Source: Oopsacas minuta
Lineage: Eukaryota > Animalia > Porifera
Direction of reading: 5' to 3'
Length of the DNA stretch: 64,000 bases
Assembly (NCBI GenBank): GCA_024704765.1
Contig: JAKMXF010000300.1
Location: 457,019-521,018, forward strand
Made by a program: the position numbers and the translations under genes. Under the pieces are notes generated by a model. The model saw only the letters and a list, made by a program, of their open reading frames with translations, was not told the origin of the DNA and ran no database searches. Each line of letters opens with the position of its first letter. The first letter of the stretch is position 1. Shown here in pieces: positions 34,672-45,800 of this stretch.

Positions 34672-36813
34672 TCAGAAAGCTATAGCCTCAAGTAGGAAGC
34701 TGACTCCATTCACAAATCCGTCTGCTTCTACAGGAGTTTCTCTCAATGAATGATTAGACTTTGGATAAGTCAGAAGCTTCACATCTTTCCCTAAAGACCT
34801 CAGGAGTTTGTAGTAGGCCAGACCTTGACTATTAGGCACACGGCAATCTCTCTGACCAAGGTAAATCAATACGGAAGCCTGAACCTCTTTAGCATAGATT
34901 ATCGGAGATTTGCTGAGCATAGAATCCAGCACTTCACCCGTGATAATGGTGCTCTGAGTATACTCGTGTCCACAATTGAAATAACACCAATCAGGTATGT
35001 CAGTTACTCCTACCATACTAGCTAGATTAGTAACAGGATTACGTATGACAGCTGCTCGGTATACTTTAGGGAATTGACCGAGTAGATGAGCAGCAATAAA
35101 TCCGCCATGAGAGCCTCCAATACACACAACTTTATCAGGATCACATAATCCCTCTGATAGGATCTGCCCTACTGTCTTATGTACGTCATCTACATCCTGA
35201 CGACCTATCTTACCTGCAAGAGTTCTGATGGAAGCTCGGCTGTAACCTAGAGTCCCTCTAAAGTTGGGAACAACACAGAGCATACCTAACCGAGCAATGG
35301 AAGATATCCACAGAGAGAACTGGGAGGTGCAGGGACTATAAGGACCACCATGTAGATACACTGCTAGAGGTGGTTTCTTATCTTTAGCCTGATCAAGTGG
35401 ATGTACTAATATAGCGTCAATATGTTCAGAGGATTCAGAGACTATAAATTGCCTTATTTCCCATCTCAGGTCCTGAAACCTACAAGAACTGTCAGATTTC
35501 GATACTTGGACCCACTGGCTTATGACACCATCATGAAATAATCCTACCATTAGTCGTGGACGGTTACTGGGAGTTGAAAAGGAGGCGAGGAGCAAATTCT
35601 GGAAGACATCGAACAGTTCCCAAGTACCAGGCTCTTTCGTCATCTGAGTGATCTTATGTTCTTGCAAACTTAGGGAATATACATCCTCAAAGGAGTTGTT
35701 AGAAGAGGATAGAAACATATGTGAGCAGTCAGCTGAGAAGCAATTTCTTGGTAATTTATAGCAGAATAATCCTCTGAATTCTGTTGCAGAAGAGTCAGGA
35801 GATTCAATGACAATATTCAACTGCTTAGTTTTCCAGTCTATTATCATTACCCTACACTCAGACAAATGAGGCCCGTCAGATGCCTGATCAAGATAAACCA
35901 AGAATTCTCTGTTAGGAGAGAACCTAGGAGAAAATGCTAGACGTCCGTCCTCACCTAACTTATCACAGAAACTACCATCAATAGCTAAATGGAACAGATA
36001 ACCAGTTCGGTTGTAGCAGGTTCTTAGCCCAAGCCTAAATGATTCAGTCTTAACTCCTACACAAACTATACTGTTATCGTCTGCAAGTATTGGTTGTCCG
36101 AGGCTATACTCTTCAGGGAGATTGCTAAGGACATGTACTTCCTCTTTGCTCCTATCTAGCACGAATATTTGAGGAGAACTACACTCCATCATTTGTTCCC
36201 CCCAATAATCTACAAAGTCATACTCGTGTCCTGGTGTAGTGTCCTCTTTGTAATCTGAGAAGTAGGGTCGGGATTTATTTCTCTTCTTTTCAGCTGTATA
36301 AACTATTTTGTCTTCTTCTAGTGACCAACAAATCCCGGAAAAGAAATCTCCAATACTAACATTACCGTGATACTTTAGGAAATCAAAAGATTGAATACAA
36401 CACTGCTGACTGTAAATTTGCAATATTTGTTTCTTATCTTTACCCTCTACTTCGTTTGGAGGTAGAATAACTGCTTGAAGTTTACCTGACGGAGATGGAC
36501 ACTCTAACACAGCCTGAGTCAGGGTTGGTAAGACAGAATTCTCTAAAGGTTCAATGCTAGTATGATTTAGTTCAAATTGCAAACAAGTTTTGAATTTATC
36601 TTCTTCTAGAGTTATCAAGTTCTTTTGTCCCCAAGTAGCATTTACATTAAATAAACGCTGCGATTCATGAGCTGAATTGAGAGCGGATTTCTCTTTAGAG
36701 GGAGGGTCTGATTGAGAAAGGTACCCAGCTAGTATAGAAGGATGAGATACATACTCTTTGTAGATGTCCTTTGCTCTAGAAACATAATCTTTATGGAGTA
36801 CATCACTAGACAT
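34672..36813 (-). CDS. APEH: Acylamino-acid-releasing enzyme (S9C serine peptidase)
   Basis: Beta-propeller plus catalytic domain: HGGPYS, PNFRGTLGY, GGSHGG (Ser), DCRVP (Asp), SNHSL (His). Confidence 0.93.
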   Translation of the reverse strand: MSSDVLHKDYVSRAKDIYKEYVSHPSILAGYLSQSDPPSKEKSALNSAHESQRLFNVNATWGQKNLITLEEDKFKTCLQFELNHTSIEPLENSVLPTLTQAVLECPSPSGKLQAVILPPNEVEGKDKKQILQIYSQQCCIQSFDFLKYHGNVSIGDFFSGICWSLEEDKIVYTAEKKRNKSRPYFSDYKEDTTPGHEYDFVDYWGEQMMECSSPQIFVLDRSKEEVHVLSNLPEEYSLGQPILADDNSIVCVGVKTESFRLGLRTCYNRTGYLFHLAIDGSFCDKLGEDGRLAFSPRFSPNREFLVYLDQASDGPHLSECRVMIIDWKTKQLNIVIESPDSSATEFRGLFCYKLPRNCFSADCSHMFLSSSNNSFEDVYSLSLQEHKITQMTKEPGTWELFDVFQNLLLASFSTPSNRPRLMVGLFHDGVISQWVQVSKSDSSCRFQDLRWEIRQFIVSESSEHIDAILVHPLDQAKDKKPPLAVYLHGGPYSPCTSQFSLWISSIARLGMLCVVPNFRGTLGYSRASIRTLAGKIGRQDVDDVHKTVGQILSEGLCDPDKVVCIGGSHGGFIAAHLLGQFPKVYRAAVIRNPVTNLASMVGVTDIPDWCYFNCGHEYTQSTIITGEVLDSMLSKSPIIYAKEVQASVLIYLGQRDCRVPNSQGLAYYKLLRSLGKDVKLLTYPKSNHSLRETPVEADGFVNGVSFLLEAIAF

Positions 36814-37051
36814 TATAAATCTACAAGAAACAGATTCTCATGTTTTTAACACTAGATAGCATTACATTATGTACAAATTATAAAATTCTATGTAGCTTTA
36901 TCTCTAAGGGCTCAGGATTAGAACAACTACTTAGGCCATTGGGTAACAGGATAACTATAGGATAGTGAAACTCAAAAAGTGGATTATATAAAAACAACTT
37001 ATACAAATTCTATATAGGAACGAGTGGAAGCAATTATTCATTGAGTTTGAA

Positions 37052-38305
37052 ATGGCAACAAATCAGAGTTACTCATCTGTTTCTGAAACTGAATTTCTTT
37101 TTGTTCAAATCCGTAGGAAGATTGAAGAGACATTTGACTCTCTTATTCATCTGATTAACCAGCGTAGAAACGGATTGCTTACAGAACTAGACTCAATACA
37201 AAGGGAATATGAAGATAATTCTCATCAAATACAGAGCTCACTTAAGAAGCTAGCTAAAGACCATGAGGACATGAAGAGATTGTCCATATCTCTAGAAGCT
37301 GATATCGCTAAGGAGGGAATGAAGAAAACAATTGAAGGAATAAATTATAAGATTGAAGAAGAAGAGAACAAACTATACTCTCCAGACATTTCATTTAATT
37401 GTGAGACTAATGATCTAGAATGGAGAATTACTCATCTAGGGAACCTGGCTAGAGTCTCTGTACAGAAGTCACTGGTTAGAAGATATACAGAGATTAAAAA
37501 GCCTTTGAAGAAGTTTGGTAGACGGGCGAGAGAGGATGGACAGAAAACTGGCAATAGTCCAAGAGGAGTTTGTATAGACTATGTCAATGAGAGAATTGTG
37601 ATTTCTGAAATATCAAACTCTGAGATTGAGATTTGGAGCTACGAAGGAGAGCTGATACAATCGTTTGGGAAAGAAGAGCTGGAAAGTCCTTGGGAATTGT
37701 GTCTAATCGATAACTCTTTGTTTGTAACGGATATTCATCTTGGTGCTATTCTAAAATTTAACATAATAAAGTGCTCATTTGAAGGAAGGACAAAAGTTAA
37801 GTATGGTAGGTATGGTAGTGAGCCGGGAGAACTGGCCTCTCCAGCTGGAATTGATAGTGAAGAGGATGAATTGTTTGTTATGGAATGTGAAAATAAGAGA
37901 ATTTCCGTGTTTGACTTGAACCTTAAATTCAAGAGGGTAATAGGGTGCGGAATGATAGACAAGGGTCATGCCCTGAGGGTCAAACAATCAACAATTTTCT
38001 TGCTAGAAGATTCTGGCATCTTCAAATTATTCTCTGTTCTTACAGGTGATCTAGTCAAAATTACAAAGAAGAATAATCTATTCTCTAATTATGTGTATCA
38101 TTTCTGTTTCGATCTGAATGGCAATTTCCTATTATCAGATCGAGACAAGAACAGTCTCTTCATTCTATCAGCTGAGGGTAACTTACTGCACTCAATCAAC
38201 ACAGCTGAGTGGGAGTGCGAGTCTCCTTTCGGAATAGCAGTTTTGAAGGATGGACGTATCGTCATGAGTTTCCTGAATAGTGACTTTAGTATTGTTATAA
38301 TTTAA
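37052..38305 (+). CDS. Coiled-coil plus NHL-repeat protein (TRIM-NHL-like, no RING or B-box)
   Basis: N-terminal BBC-like coiled coil (IEETFDSLIHLINQRRNGLLTEL); NHL blades SPRGVCID, SPWELC, SPAGID, SPFGIAV. Confidence 0.8.
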   Translation: MATNQSYSSVSETEFLFVQIRRKIEETFDSLIHLINQRRNGLLTELDSIQREYEDNSHQIQSSLKKLAKDHEDMKRLSISLEADIAKEGMKKTIEGINYKIEEEENKLYSPDISFNCETNDLEWRITHLGNLARVSVQKSLVRRYTEIKKPLKKFGRRAREDGQKTGNSPRGVCIDYVNERIVISEISNSEIEIWSYEGELIQSFGKEELESPWELCLIDNSLFVTDIHLGAILKFNIIKCSFEGRTKVKYGRYGSEPGELASPAGIDSEEDELFVMECENKRISVFDLNLKFKRVIGCGMIDKGHALRVKQSTIFLLEDSGIFKLFSVLTGDLVKITKKNNLFSNYVYHFCFDLNGNFLLSDRDKNSLFILSAEGNLLHSINTAEWECESPFGIAVLKDGRIVMSFLNSDFSIVII

Positions 38306-38394
38306 TGTTATTTGAATTGGACTAGATATATCTATATATGCGGAACTATTTATCAAATATTATTTCTAACAAATTTGTTGCTTATTAGAGACTC

Positions 38395-39906
38395 ATGGAT
38401 CTCATACTTCATATCATACTCCTATCTTTCCGTCTCTCTAATGCTATTCTCTGTAAGACATCATTTGACCCAGACGAGTACTGGCAGGCTCTAGAGGTAG
38501 CACACAGACGGACATATGGCTACGGTTATCTAACATGGGAGTGGCATACTCAGCTACGATCCTACTTATTTCCTTATGTATTCGAGTGTTTATACCGTGT
38601 TATATCTTTCTTTGGTGAATTTGAATATTCGCGATTATTATTGATTCTGTGTCCCAGACTTCTGATGGCTGTATTAGCTTATATGACAGATGTTTATACA
38701 TTCAAGATATGTCATATCTTATTCGGTAGAATGACAGCTGTCATATGTCTCTACTTACAAATCACTTCTTGGTTTATCTTTTATGCCATTACACGTACTT
38801 TCATAAATAGTTTCGAAACCTTCCTGGTAGTGATAATCTTCTATCTCTTCTGTCAGCTGATGGTTGGGAATTACAGCATCAGAGATACAGGTCTAAGATT
38901 AGCTATGTTGCTAACATTAATAGGTTTGGTATGCTATTTGCGTCCTACTGCTGTTCCTTGTATTAGTCTGTATTTTATAGTTTTATACTTCTCCTCCTTA
39001 TCAGTTTCTTATAAACTTATCCTGTCAATTGTAGTAACATTGATTCTCAGCTCAATTCTAATTTCTACTGAATCTCTTCTCTACGGGAAACTAGCAATAC
39101 CATTCTATAATTTTCTAAATGTAAACGTAGTCAGTGGTATAGCCAGTCTGTACGGTACACACTCTCTCCATTGGTATCTGACACAATGCTTACCTGTATT
39201 TCTGATAACTAATATCCCAGCATTTATTATAGGGATTATATTTGTGATAAAGGGTAGTCATCCTGTAGGAAATGAACATATAATCATTAAATTGGCTCTT
39301 CTTGGTCTTATCTTGCTAAATCTGGTATTATTAAGTCCTGTACCTCACAAAGAATTCAGATTCTTATTACCTATGCTTCCATTCTGTCACATTCTTACAG
39401 CTAAAGGAATATATGTTATTGACAATAATACCAGGAAGCACAGATTGATATCTTTATTCAAGAAATTACTACTTTTCCTCTCTCTATTACAGATCCCAAT
39501 GTCTTTCTATTTCGGCTTTATCCACCAGAGAGGGGTTATCCGAGTTATGGACTACCTATACGGACATATCAGTGTTGAGGATCAAGTTCTATTCTTGATG
39601 CCTTGCCACTCCACCCCGCTGTATTCACACATACACAAGAACGCTACACTACAATTTTTAGAATGTTCTCCACCACTTTACGAGCCTGTTGATAGGGCCA
39701 AACTGTTCTACAATAACGTGAACTCACAAACTGATAGTTTGCTTAGTAATGGCTACAGTTATGTTACTTGTTTCTCTACGCTCTCTGAGGAAATAAACGG
39801 GTTGTTGGCTAAGAAGGGATTCCAGAAAAAAGCTGAAATATTCCACACTCATCTTCCTGAAGGAAGAATAGGCTCATATGTACATGTTTATAAGAAAATA
39901 GGATAA
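38395..39906 (+). CDS. PIGB: GPI mannosyltransferase 3
   Basis: TSFDPDEYWQALEVAH..YGYGYLTWEW, LRSYLFP, HWYLTQCLP, HKEFRFLLP, HQRG, FLMPCHSTPLYSH, FLECSPP; multiple TM segments. Confidence 0.95.
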   Translation: MDLILHIILLSFRLSNAILCKTSFDPDEYWQALEVAHRRTYGYGYLTWEWHTQLRSYLFPYVFECLYRVISFFGEFEYSRLLLILCPRLLMAVLAYMTDVYTFKICHILFGRMTAVICLYLQITSWFIFYAITRTFINSFETFLVVIIFYLFCQLMVGNYSIRDTGLRLAMLLTLIGLVCYLRPTAVPCISLYFIVLYFSSLSVSYKLILSIVVTLILSSILISTESLLYGKLAIPFYNFLNVNVVSGIASLYGTHSLHWYLTQCLPVFLITNIPAFIIGIIFVIKGSHPVGNEHIIIKLALLGLILLNLVLLSPVPHKEFRFLLPMLPFCHILTAKGIYVIDNNTRKHRLISLFKKLLLFLSLLQIPMSFYFGFIHQRGVIRVMDYLYGHISVEDQVLFLMPCHSTPLYSHIHKNATLQFLECSPPLYEPVDRAKLFYNNVNSQTDSLLSNGYSYVTCFSTLSEEINGLLAKKGFQKKAEIFHTHLPEGRIGSYVHVYKKIG

Positions 39907-39997
39907 TTGAGAAGATTAATATTTACGTACATATCTGTATAGTAATTCTATAAATTGTGTTTCATAACATTTGAACAGTCTTTAGCTATATATCTTA

Positions 39998-41186
39998 ATG
40001 GCGGCAAGATTCCCCTGGAGACAAGCAGCTACGCTAATTCTAGCAAAGAATAGCGAGGGTGTTTCCAGAGATATAACGGAATTCAAAGAGAGACAATTGA
40101 AAGTTCTATACATAAAGAGAGCCACAAAAGCTAGCGATGTGTTTTCTAGCCTTCACACATTTCCAGGGGGTACATTGGACTCAGCTGATATATCAGATAA
40201 ATGGTGGCGTATATACGAGAGGTTAAGTTCTAAGCTGGGACTAGCATCTGTTCACAAGTTATTTGGTTCTACTTTAAGATTTGACAATGAATTATTGCTG
40301 TATAAGCAAGCCGGTGAGCATGAAGGAAGGATGCCTGCTCATATTGCATTTAGGATATGTGCTATTAGAGAGTTATTCGAAGAGACTGGTTTATTGCTCT
40401 GTCTTGGGATGGAGAAATTAAATTGGTTGGAATTCTCTATATCGTGTAAGGAAGGTTCAACTCATTTCAATCAAGTTAGTAACTTGTCAGAATGGAGAGA
40501 GTTAGTACACAATAATGCTAACAGGTTTATAGATCTATGTTCTGAGTACAATTGTGTGCCTAATGTGTGGAGTCTGGTAGAATGGTCTAACTGGTTGACG
40601 CCAGCCTTCCTATCCAAGAGATGGGATACTGTATTCTACTATGCTACCATGAAATATGGCTATTCTCCCTCAGCAGACAATGTAAGTGAATTATGTAATA
40701 TAATATTAACTATCTTTGACAGCAATCAACTTATAGATGGAAGTGAGCAGTGTAGACTGGTTAGAACCTATAGAAGTTCTACAGAGAGCAAGCAAGGGGG
40801 AACTAAGCATAGCAATACCTACTGCTTATGAATCCAGTCGTATCAACAGATTCTATGGCGTAGAAATGCTAGACAGGTTTGCTCGTTGGAGAGTAGAGAA
40901 TTATTCTTGTAGCAGACTATCACCTGTGATTATTGTGGCTAGTAGTGAGATGTTTGTTACAACATTTCCAAAAGACAATTTTTATGAGAGATCACAAGTC
41001 AAACAGAAGAAAGAAATCGTTAATACCGAGCAAAATCAGGAAATAGTGTTAAACACGAATGGACTAGTTAACAGATATATTAGGACTGGTCCTAGTAATT
41101 TTAGTATCGTCTGTAATGCAGTGCCAGCAGATGGACATTTGATTCCTTCTCTCATGATTCCTGGAAGAATCACTAGTAAATTATAA
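39998..41186 (+). CDS. NUDT19: Nudix hydrolase 19 (acyl-CoA diphosphatase); exons 39998-40681 and 40737-41186
   Basis: WRQAATLIL, HTFPGG, FRICAIRELFEETG (Nudix box), WSNWLTP..RWDTVFY, IAIPTAYE. A 55-nt phase-0 GT-AG intron (40682-40736) joins the two ORFs. Confidence 0.9.
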
Positions 41187-41271
41187 ATTCGTTTGAAAGA
41201 ATTCAGTAATTGTGAGTAACATTTGCATTTAAATCGAATAAACATATACAACAAATATACAATAATTCGTT

Positions 41272-42075
41272 TCAGGTAGCTAGGATCATAAAAGGGTGTT
41301 TCATGTCAGAAGTTGATATAACAATCTGTTTGTCAGCTGTCACACAAATACCAAACACAGACACGAATATCATAGGTTGGAACTGGATCAGCTGTCTCAT
41401 GAACTCTCCTTCCTTGCTAAATTGTTTAAAGGAATAATCATAGTAATCGCTGATTGTTATATTAAAATTTTCGTCAACATAAAAGAACCAAGGCTCTATA
41501 ATTCTTTGTTCCAGTTTGTGGAGAACTCTCAGCATATCACCTGAAAGAGAAAATAAGAGAACGAAAGGTTTGCGTTCTGTCAGCACTACCAGGCAGCTCT
41601 CTTCCACTTGGACATCACGTGGTTTTGCCAAGAGCTTGTGACGTATTGTGTGGGAGAAGTTGAGTTCATAATCAAATATACAAATCCTATTATTACTCAC
41701 GTCTCCTACATATACATTAGAGTTATCATCACAAGCCAAACCTTTAGGTGATGAAAATACTGTGACATCTGTGCAGTAAAATTCTTTCAAAACACAAATT
41801 GAATAGTCAGTTAATCTAAGTAATCTGTTACGTCTGATGTCAGAGAGATAAATACTCTGATCTTTGTATGACATTCCCCATGGACAGAAGTTATTTAATG
41901 GTGGAGTATATGTTGTCACGTAATCACCACTCTGAGTATAAATGTGTATGCAGGCGTTACATACATCTGTTGCGAATAGTATATTTAATTCTGGATGAGT
42001 AACGAGTCCGCGACCAGTAGCGTTCTGAGCTCTGCCGAATGTGAAGAGCACTCTAACGTCTTCTCCACAGTTCAT
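41272..42075 (-). CDS. Stand-alone NHL-repeat beta-propeller protein
   Basis: CPWGMS, SPKGLACD..VYVGDVSNNRICIFD, KPRDVQV, EPWFFYVD, VFGICVT. Confidence 0.8.
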   Translation of the reverse strand: MNCGEDVRVLFTFGRAQNATGRGLVTHPELNILFATDVCNACIHIYTQSGDYVTTYTPPLNNFCPWGMSYKDQSIYLSDIRRNRLLRLTDYSICVLKEFYCTDVTVFSSPKGLACDDNSNVYVGDVSNNRICIFDYELNFSHTIRHKLLAKPRDVQVEESCLVVLTERKPFVLLFSLSGDMLRVLHKLEQRIIEPWFFYVDENFNITISDYYDYSFKQFSKEGEFMRQLIQFQPMIFVSVFGICVTADKQIVISTSDMKHPFMILAT

Positions 42076-42165
42076 ATAACCTGATATTATGCGGTGTATT
42101 AATCTACATACAAACTTTAAAATTACTTAATATACTTAGTGTTTGAATCTTATTAGCAAGCTAGG

Positions 42166-42681
42166 ATGGCTAGTCGGTCTCCACCTCTTCAACACACGTT
42201 TTTCTCAGAGATGAAGCCGATCAAAGAGATAGAGTTAGAACTGAATGTTCTAATGAAGGAGTTTGAAGAAGGAAAGATGCAAGCTTTCTCAGATCCTGAC
42301 ACTATGTCTAGAATGGATCGCATAAGGCAAATGCAAGAGAGATTAGCACAAAAACATTTCCATTTAGACGAGTCGCCCCAGTCCGGAGAAGAGAAGAGAG
42401 AAGAGTTTCACCACGATCCTTCCCACACCGATGAGCTAATGCAAGAGTTAGATGCTCTTACAACTGAGATACAACAACTTAAACCTGTATCGATGCTAGA
42501 GAATATTATCCCCCTCTCTTCTTCATCTTTGCTCAATACTCCTAAACTCCCCAAGAGTCCATCCTCTCCACTGACCAATTCAGTAGAGAGGGTTTTTGAG
42601 CCTTCTCCTACCCAATCTCCAGACACATTCAGGGTAGCTAGCGTGCTTACTAACACCCATACCTTAGACTCAGCTCCTTAA
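42166..42681 (+). CDS. CCDC28: Coiled-coil domain-containing protein 28-like
   Basis: HTFFSEMKPIKEIELELNVLMKEFEEGKMQAF..MDRIRQMQERLA resembles the DUF4061 core of CCDC28A/B ([38 protein letters not shown]) as recalled. Confidence 0.8.
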   Translation: MASRSPPLQHTFFSEMKPIKEIELELNVLMKEFEEGKMQAFSDPDTMSRMDRIRQMQERLAQKHFHLDESPQSGEEKREEFHHDPSHTDELMQELDALTTEIQQLKPVSMLENIIPLSSSSLLNTPKLPKSPSSPLTNSVERVFEPSPTQSPDTFRVASVLTNTHTLDSAP

Positions 42682-42884
42682 ACAGATTAAGATTATTATA
42701 TAACAAGTTATATAACTGTAGTGTATGTATTTGAAATAATGTCTACAGAATATTAATGAGAAGATTAGTTAAGTAATTTAATGTAACATTAAGCAAGATT
42801 GGAGAGCTTCTGTCGTCAAACAGAGATCTCTTATCTGTAATTAAGAAGCAGCTCTAAGTGAGATTTTCGGTTTTAAAAATAAAA

Positions 42885-45800
42885 TTACACATAAGTAGGA
42901 TCAGCTCCGCTCCTGAGCATCAGATCAGTAGACCGGATATATCTTGTGTAACAATGAGGACACATAGTCTTTATTGTAAAGAATTTATCGCTTCTACACA
43001 CACTACACTTTTCTGGTACCAGGTGAGTGCCATCTATTGGGATTCTGGGTACCACACCCTCTGATGTACCTTCGTTAACTGAGGATAATTTGAAATAGTC
43101 ACGGGAAGGTGGTGTCGTATCCTTCGGTCCATCAATCGCTGGAGAGTTGATGTTATTATTGAGAGATATACTTCTAGAGTATATCTTAGAGTCTAGGAGT
43201 TTTCTGGACAATTCAGAATGATCCATTGCTGGTGGAATATTGTCTCTCCTGTGTCTAATGAACTGATCTAATATTGTATAATGATCTTCGTTAAAGAATG
43301 GCCGTGTGGGAGTCAAGTCCCGGTCCCTTCTATGCTCGTGCTTACGACTCCTGCTGGAAGCTCGAGAGCTAGAAGATGACGTAAAATCATCAGATATAGT
43401 GGAGAATGTAGAGGGAGTTGAGGGAGGAGATTCGGGAATACTCGGCGGTTCTGTTACCGGGAGAGCTTGTTGTTGTTGTTGTTGTTTCCTCGAGGGAGGA
43501 TAATCTACTCTGTGTGGAGGCTTCATATTCTCTTTGTCTTCCTCTCTCATAGCTCTCCCGATCGGAGGTGGGCGTGGAATGCTCTGGTAGAGAGAGGGGG
43601 TGAGGGGAGGGGGTCTAAGGATTGGTCGTACATATATGGGAAGAGGTGCCTGCTCCTCAGGGGGAGGACTGTTCTCCTGATTATCCTCTAGCGATGAGTC
43701 AAATTTGACTCTCTTACTCTTTGCATTGGACTGTTTCTTAACAGGAGACTTGAACTGATGGTTAGGATCGAGTGTCTTAAGCACACTCCTTCTATGAAGT
43801 CTTACCGCTTGGTGATGGCAAATATGTCTCAACTGTGAATAGGCTTGTTTCTTAACAGGATCAAGTCTAACGTCAGGCTCTATCAGAGCTAAATCCAGTT
43901 TGTTTTGTGCCTGCACACAAAGACTGAACGCTACACTGAAATCTGAAATGTTTAGAGACTCTCTATAAAGATCACGAGCCTGTGTGTAGAACATATCAGC
44001 TTTAGTTGGTGGGAATGAAGCAGGATATGCTGGGATTTCAATAGTGGGTCCGTTAGTGAGAGAAGGTGGAGATATATATTGTGGTACATCAGCCATTCCT
44101 TGAGGAGAATTGTTCTCAAGATTAAGATCGTTAAACTCTGAAATATTCTGGCATTGTTTGTTACTCAAACTTTCCAATTCTCTCTTCTGTCTTTGTTCCT
44201 GTTCTTCCATCTTCTCTTGGTAGTCTCTGACAAGTAAGGCTTCCTCCTCGCTGTGTTTTCGCTGTAACATATCTCTCTCTTCTACAATCATTTCATCGCT
44301 TCCTACATCCTCTACTGTTTCTGATGAAGTAGAATCCTCAATGGGAATAGTAGCTGTCTCTGTTGACAATTCAACACGGATAGAATTGATATCAGGATTA
44401 TAGTCTTCATCCTCACTAGAGCTCTCGTCTGGTGTGTTCTGTGAGCTGCTGAGTGAGCTAACAGAGAGATTATCAGCCGAGTAACTACGGACATCCATTA
44501 GTAAGTCTATTCCTTCTTGGAAGTTAGTTTGTGTAAAAGCTTGTAATAATACCTCTATAGGGATTTGATAGTTATGAATCCTCTCTAGCACAGCTCTTCC
44601 CGGACTGAAATTAGTTTGTTTTTGTCGCTGTTGAAAAGCTTTAATTTCATAGCTCTCTCCAATGCAAGGAATACTTTGATAGAGATTTGCCCATTGACCA
44701 GTCTCTGTAAGCTTATCACTCAGCTTAGTGGCAGCTTGAGAGGAGAGAGCCTTCCCGGAGTGAGGAAAGGGATTGAAAGAGAACTTTGGGAAAGATGTGC
44801 TGATGCTTGGGACTTCATTTTGAGGCGGAACATTATGTATAGGGAGAGGGTATTGAAGACACGGTTGTGGAGTGATGGATGGGAATATAAACGGTGGATA
44901 TGCCAGGTTAACTGGAGGTGTCATTAGTGAATGAGGGTCCTGTGTTGCTGGGAAGGATGATCCATCTGGATAAGATGGTACAGCTTGAAACTGATAAGGA
45001 TGATTAGGATTAATAGAGGGAGGTAGAGCTGATAAGTTAGAGGGCTGTGGTGGTATAACGAATTGTTGGGAAGGTAAGAAGGGAGCAGAAGCATTGAGAT
45101 TTGGCGGAGTTGTTAGCTTTCCAACTCCCTGTTTGTTCCTTTCATAATCTTCCAAAAGATTTTGAAATCCAATTCCAATAGGAATAGAAGGATAGAGAGA
45201 CGATTTGTTTAGAGTAGATTCTTCTTCGACTTTTTGCATTCTGCTAATTGTAGCACTTTCTCCAGCTGCTTCAGGCGTTCGTACTATCTGCTGGGGGAGG
45301 TCTTGAGGAGAGGGTCTAAAGGCGGATGGATTAATGTAGAGACAGGAGAGAAGAGTTATTCGCTTGTTTATTAAATAAGATGTCAGATTAGCAAACGTTG
45401 TGAACTAAAAAGAAATCAAATATGTAATATATTGTATGCATATAAGTAAGTCAACATCGAAATAAGACAAATTGACACACTTAGACTTGAATAAATCCAA
45501 AATTGAGGGTTATACGTACGTATTACGTTTATGTAATACTTTTTCATTGAATAACGTATTAAACGAATTATACTATTTTAGCAAATGTCAATCTGTTCAC
45601 AACTAAAATGCATACAAGTCAGTGTATCCCGACACTATAATGTGAATACTGTTTTATATGACTAGACTGTTAATTATGGATAAATGAAGGGAAACATCTG
45701 ACACAGAACTCTTTCAAATGCGAATGGAATAAAAAGAAGCAGTATTAACTATGAGATAACATGTTGTGCCCGTCTACGTATATTATTAACTAATTATAGT

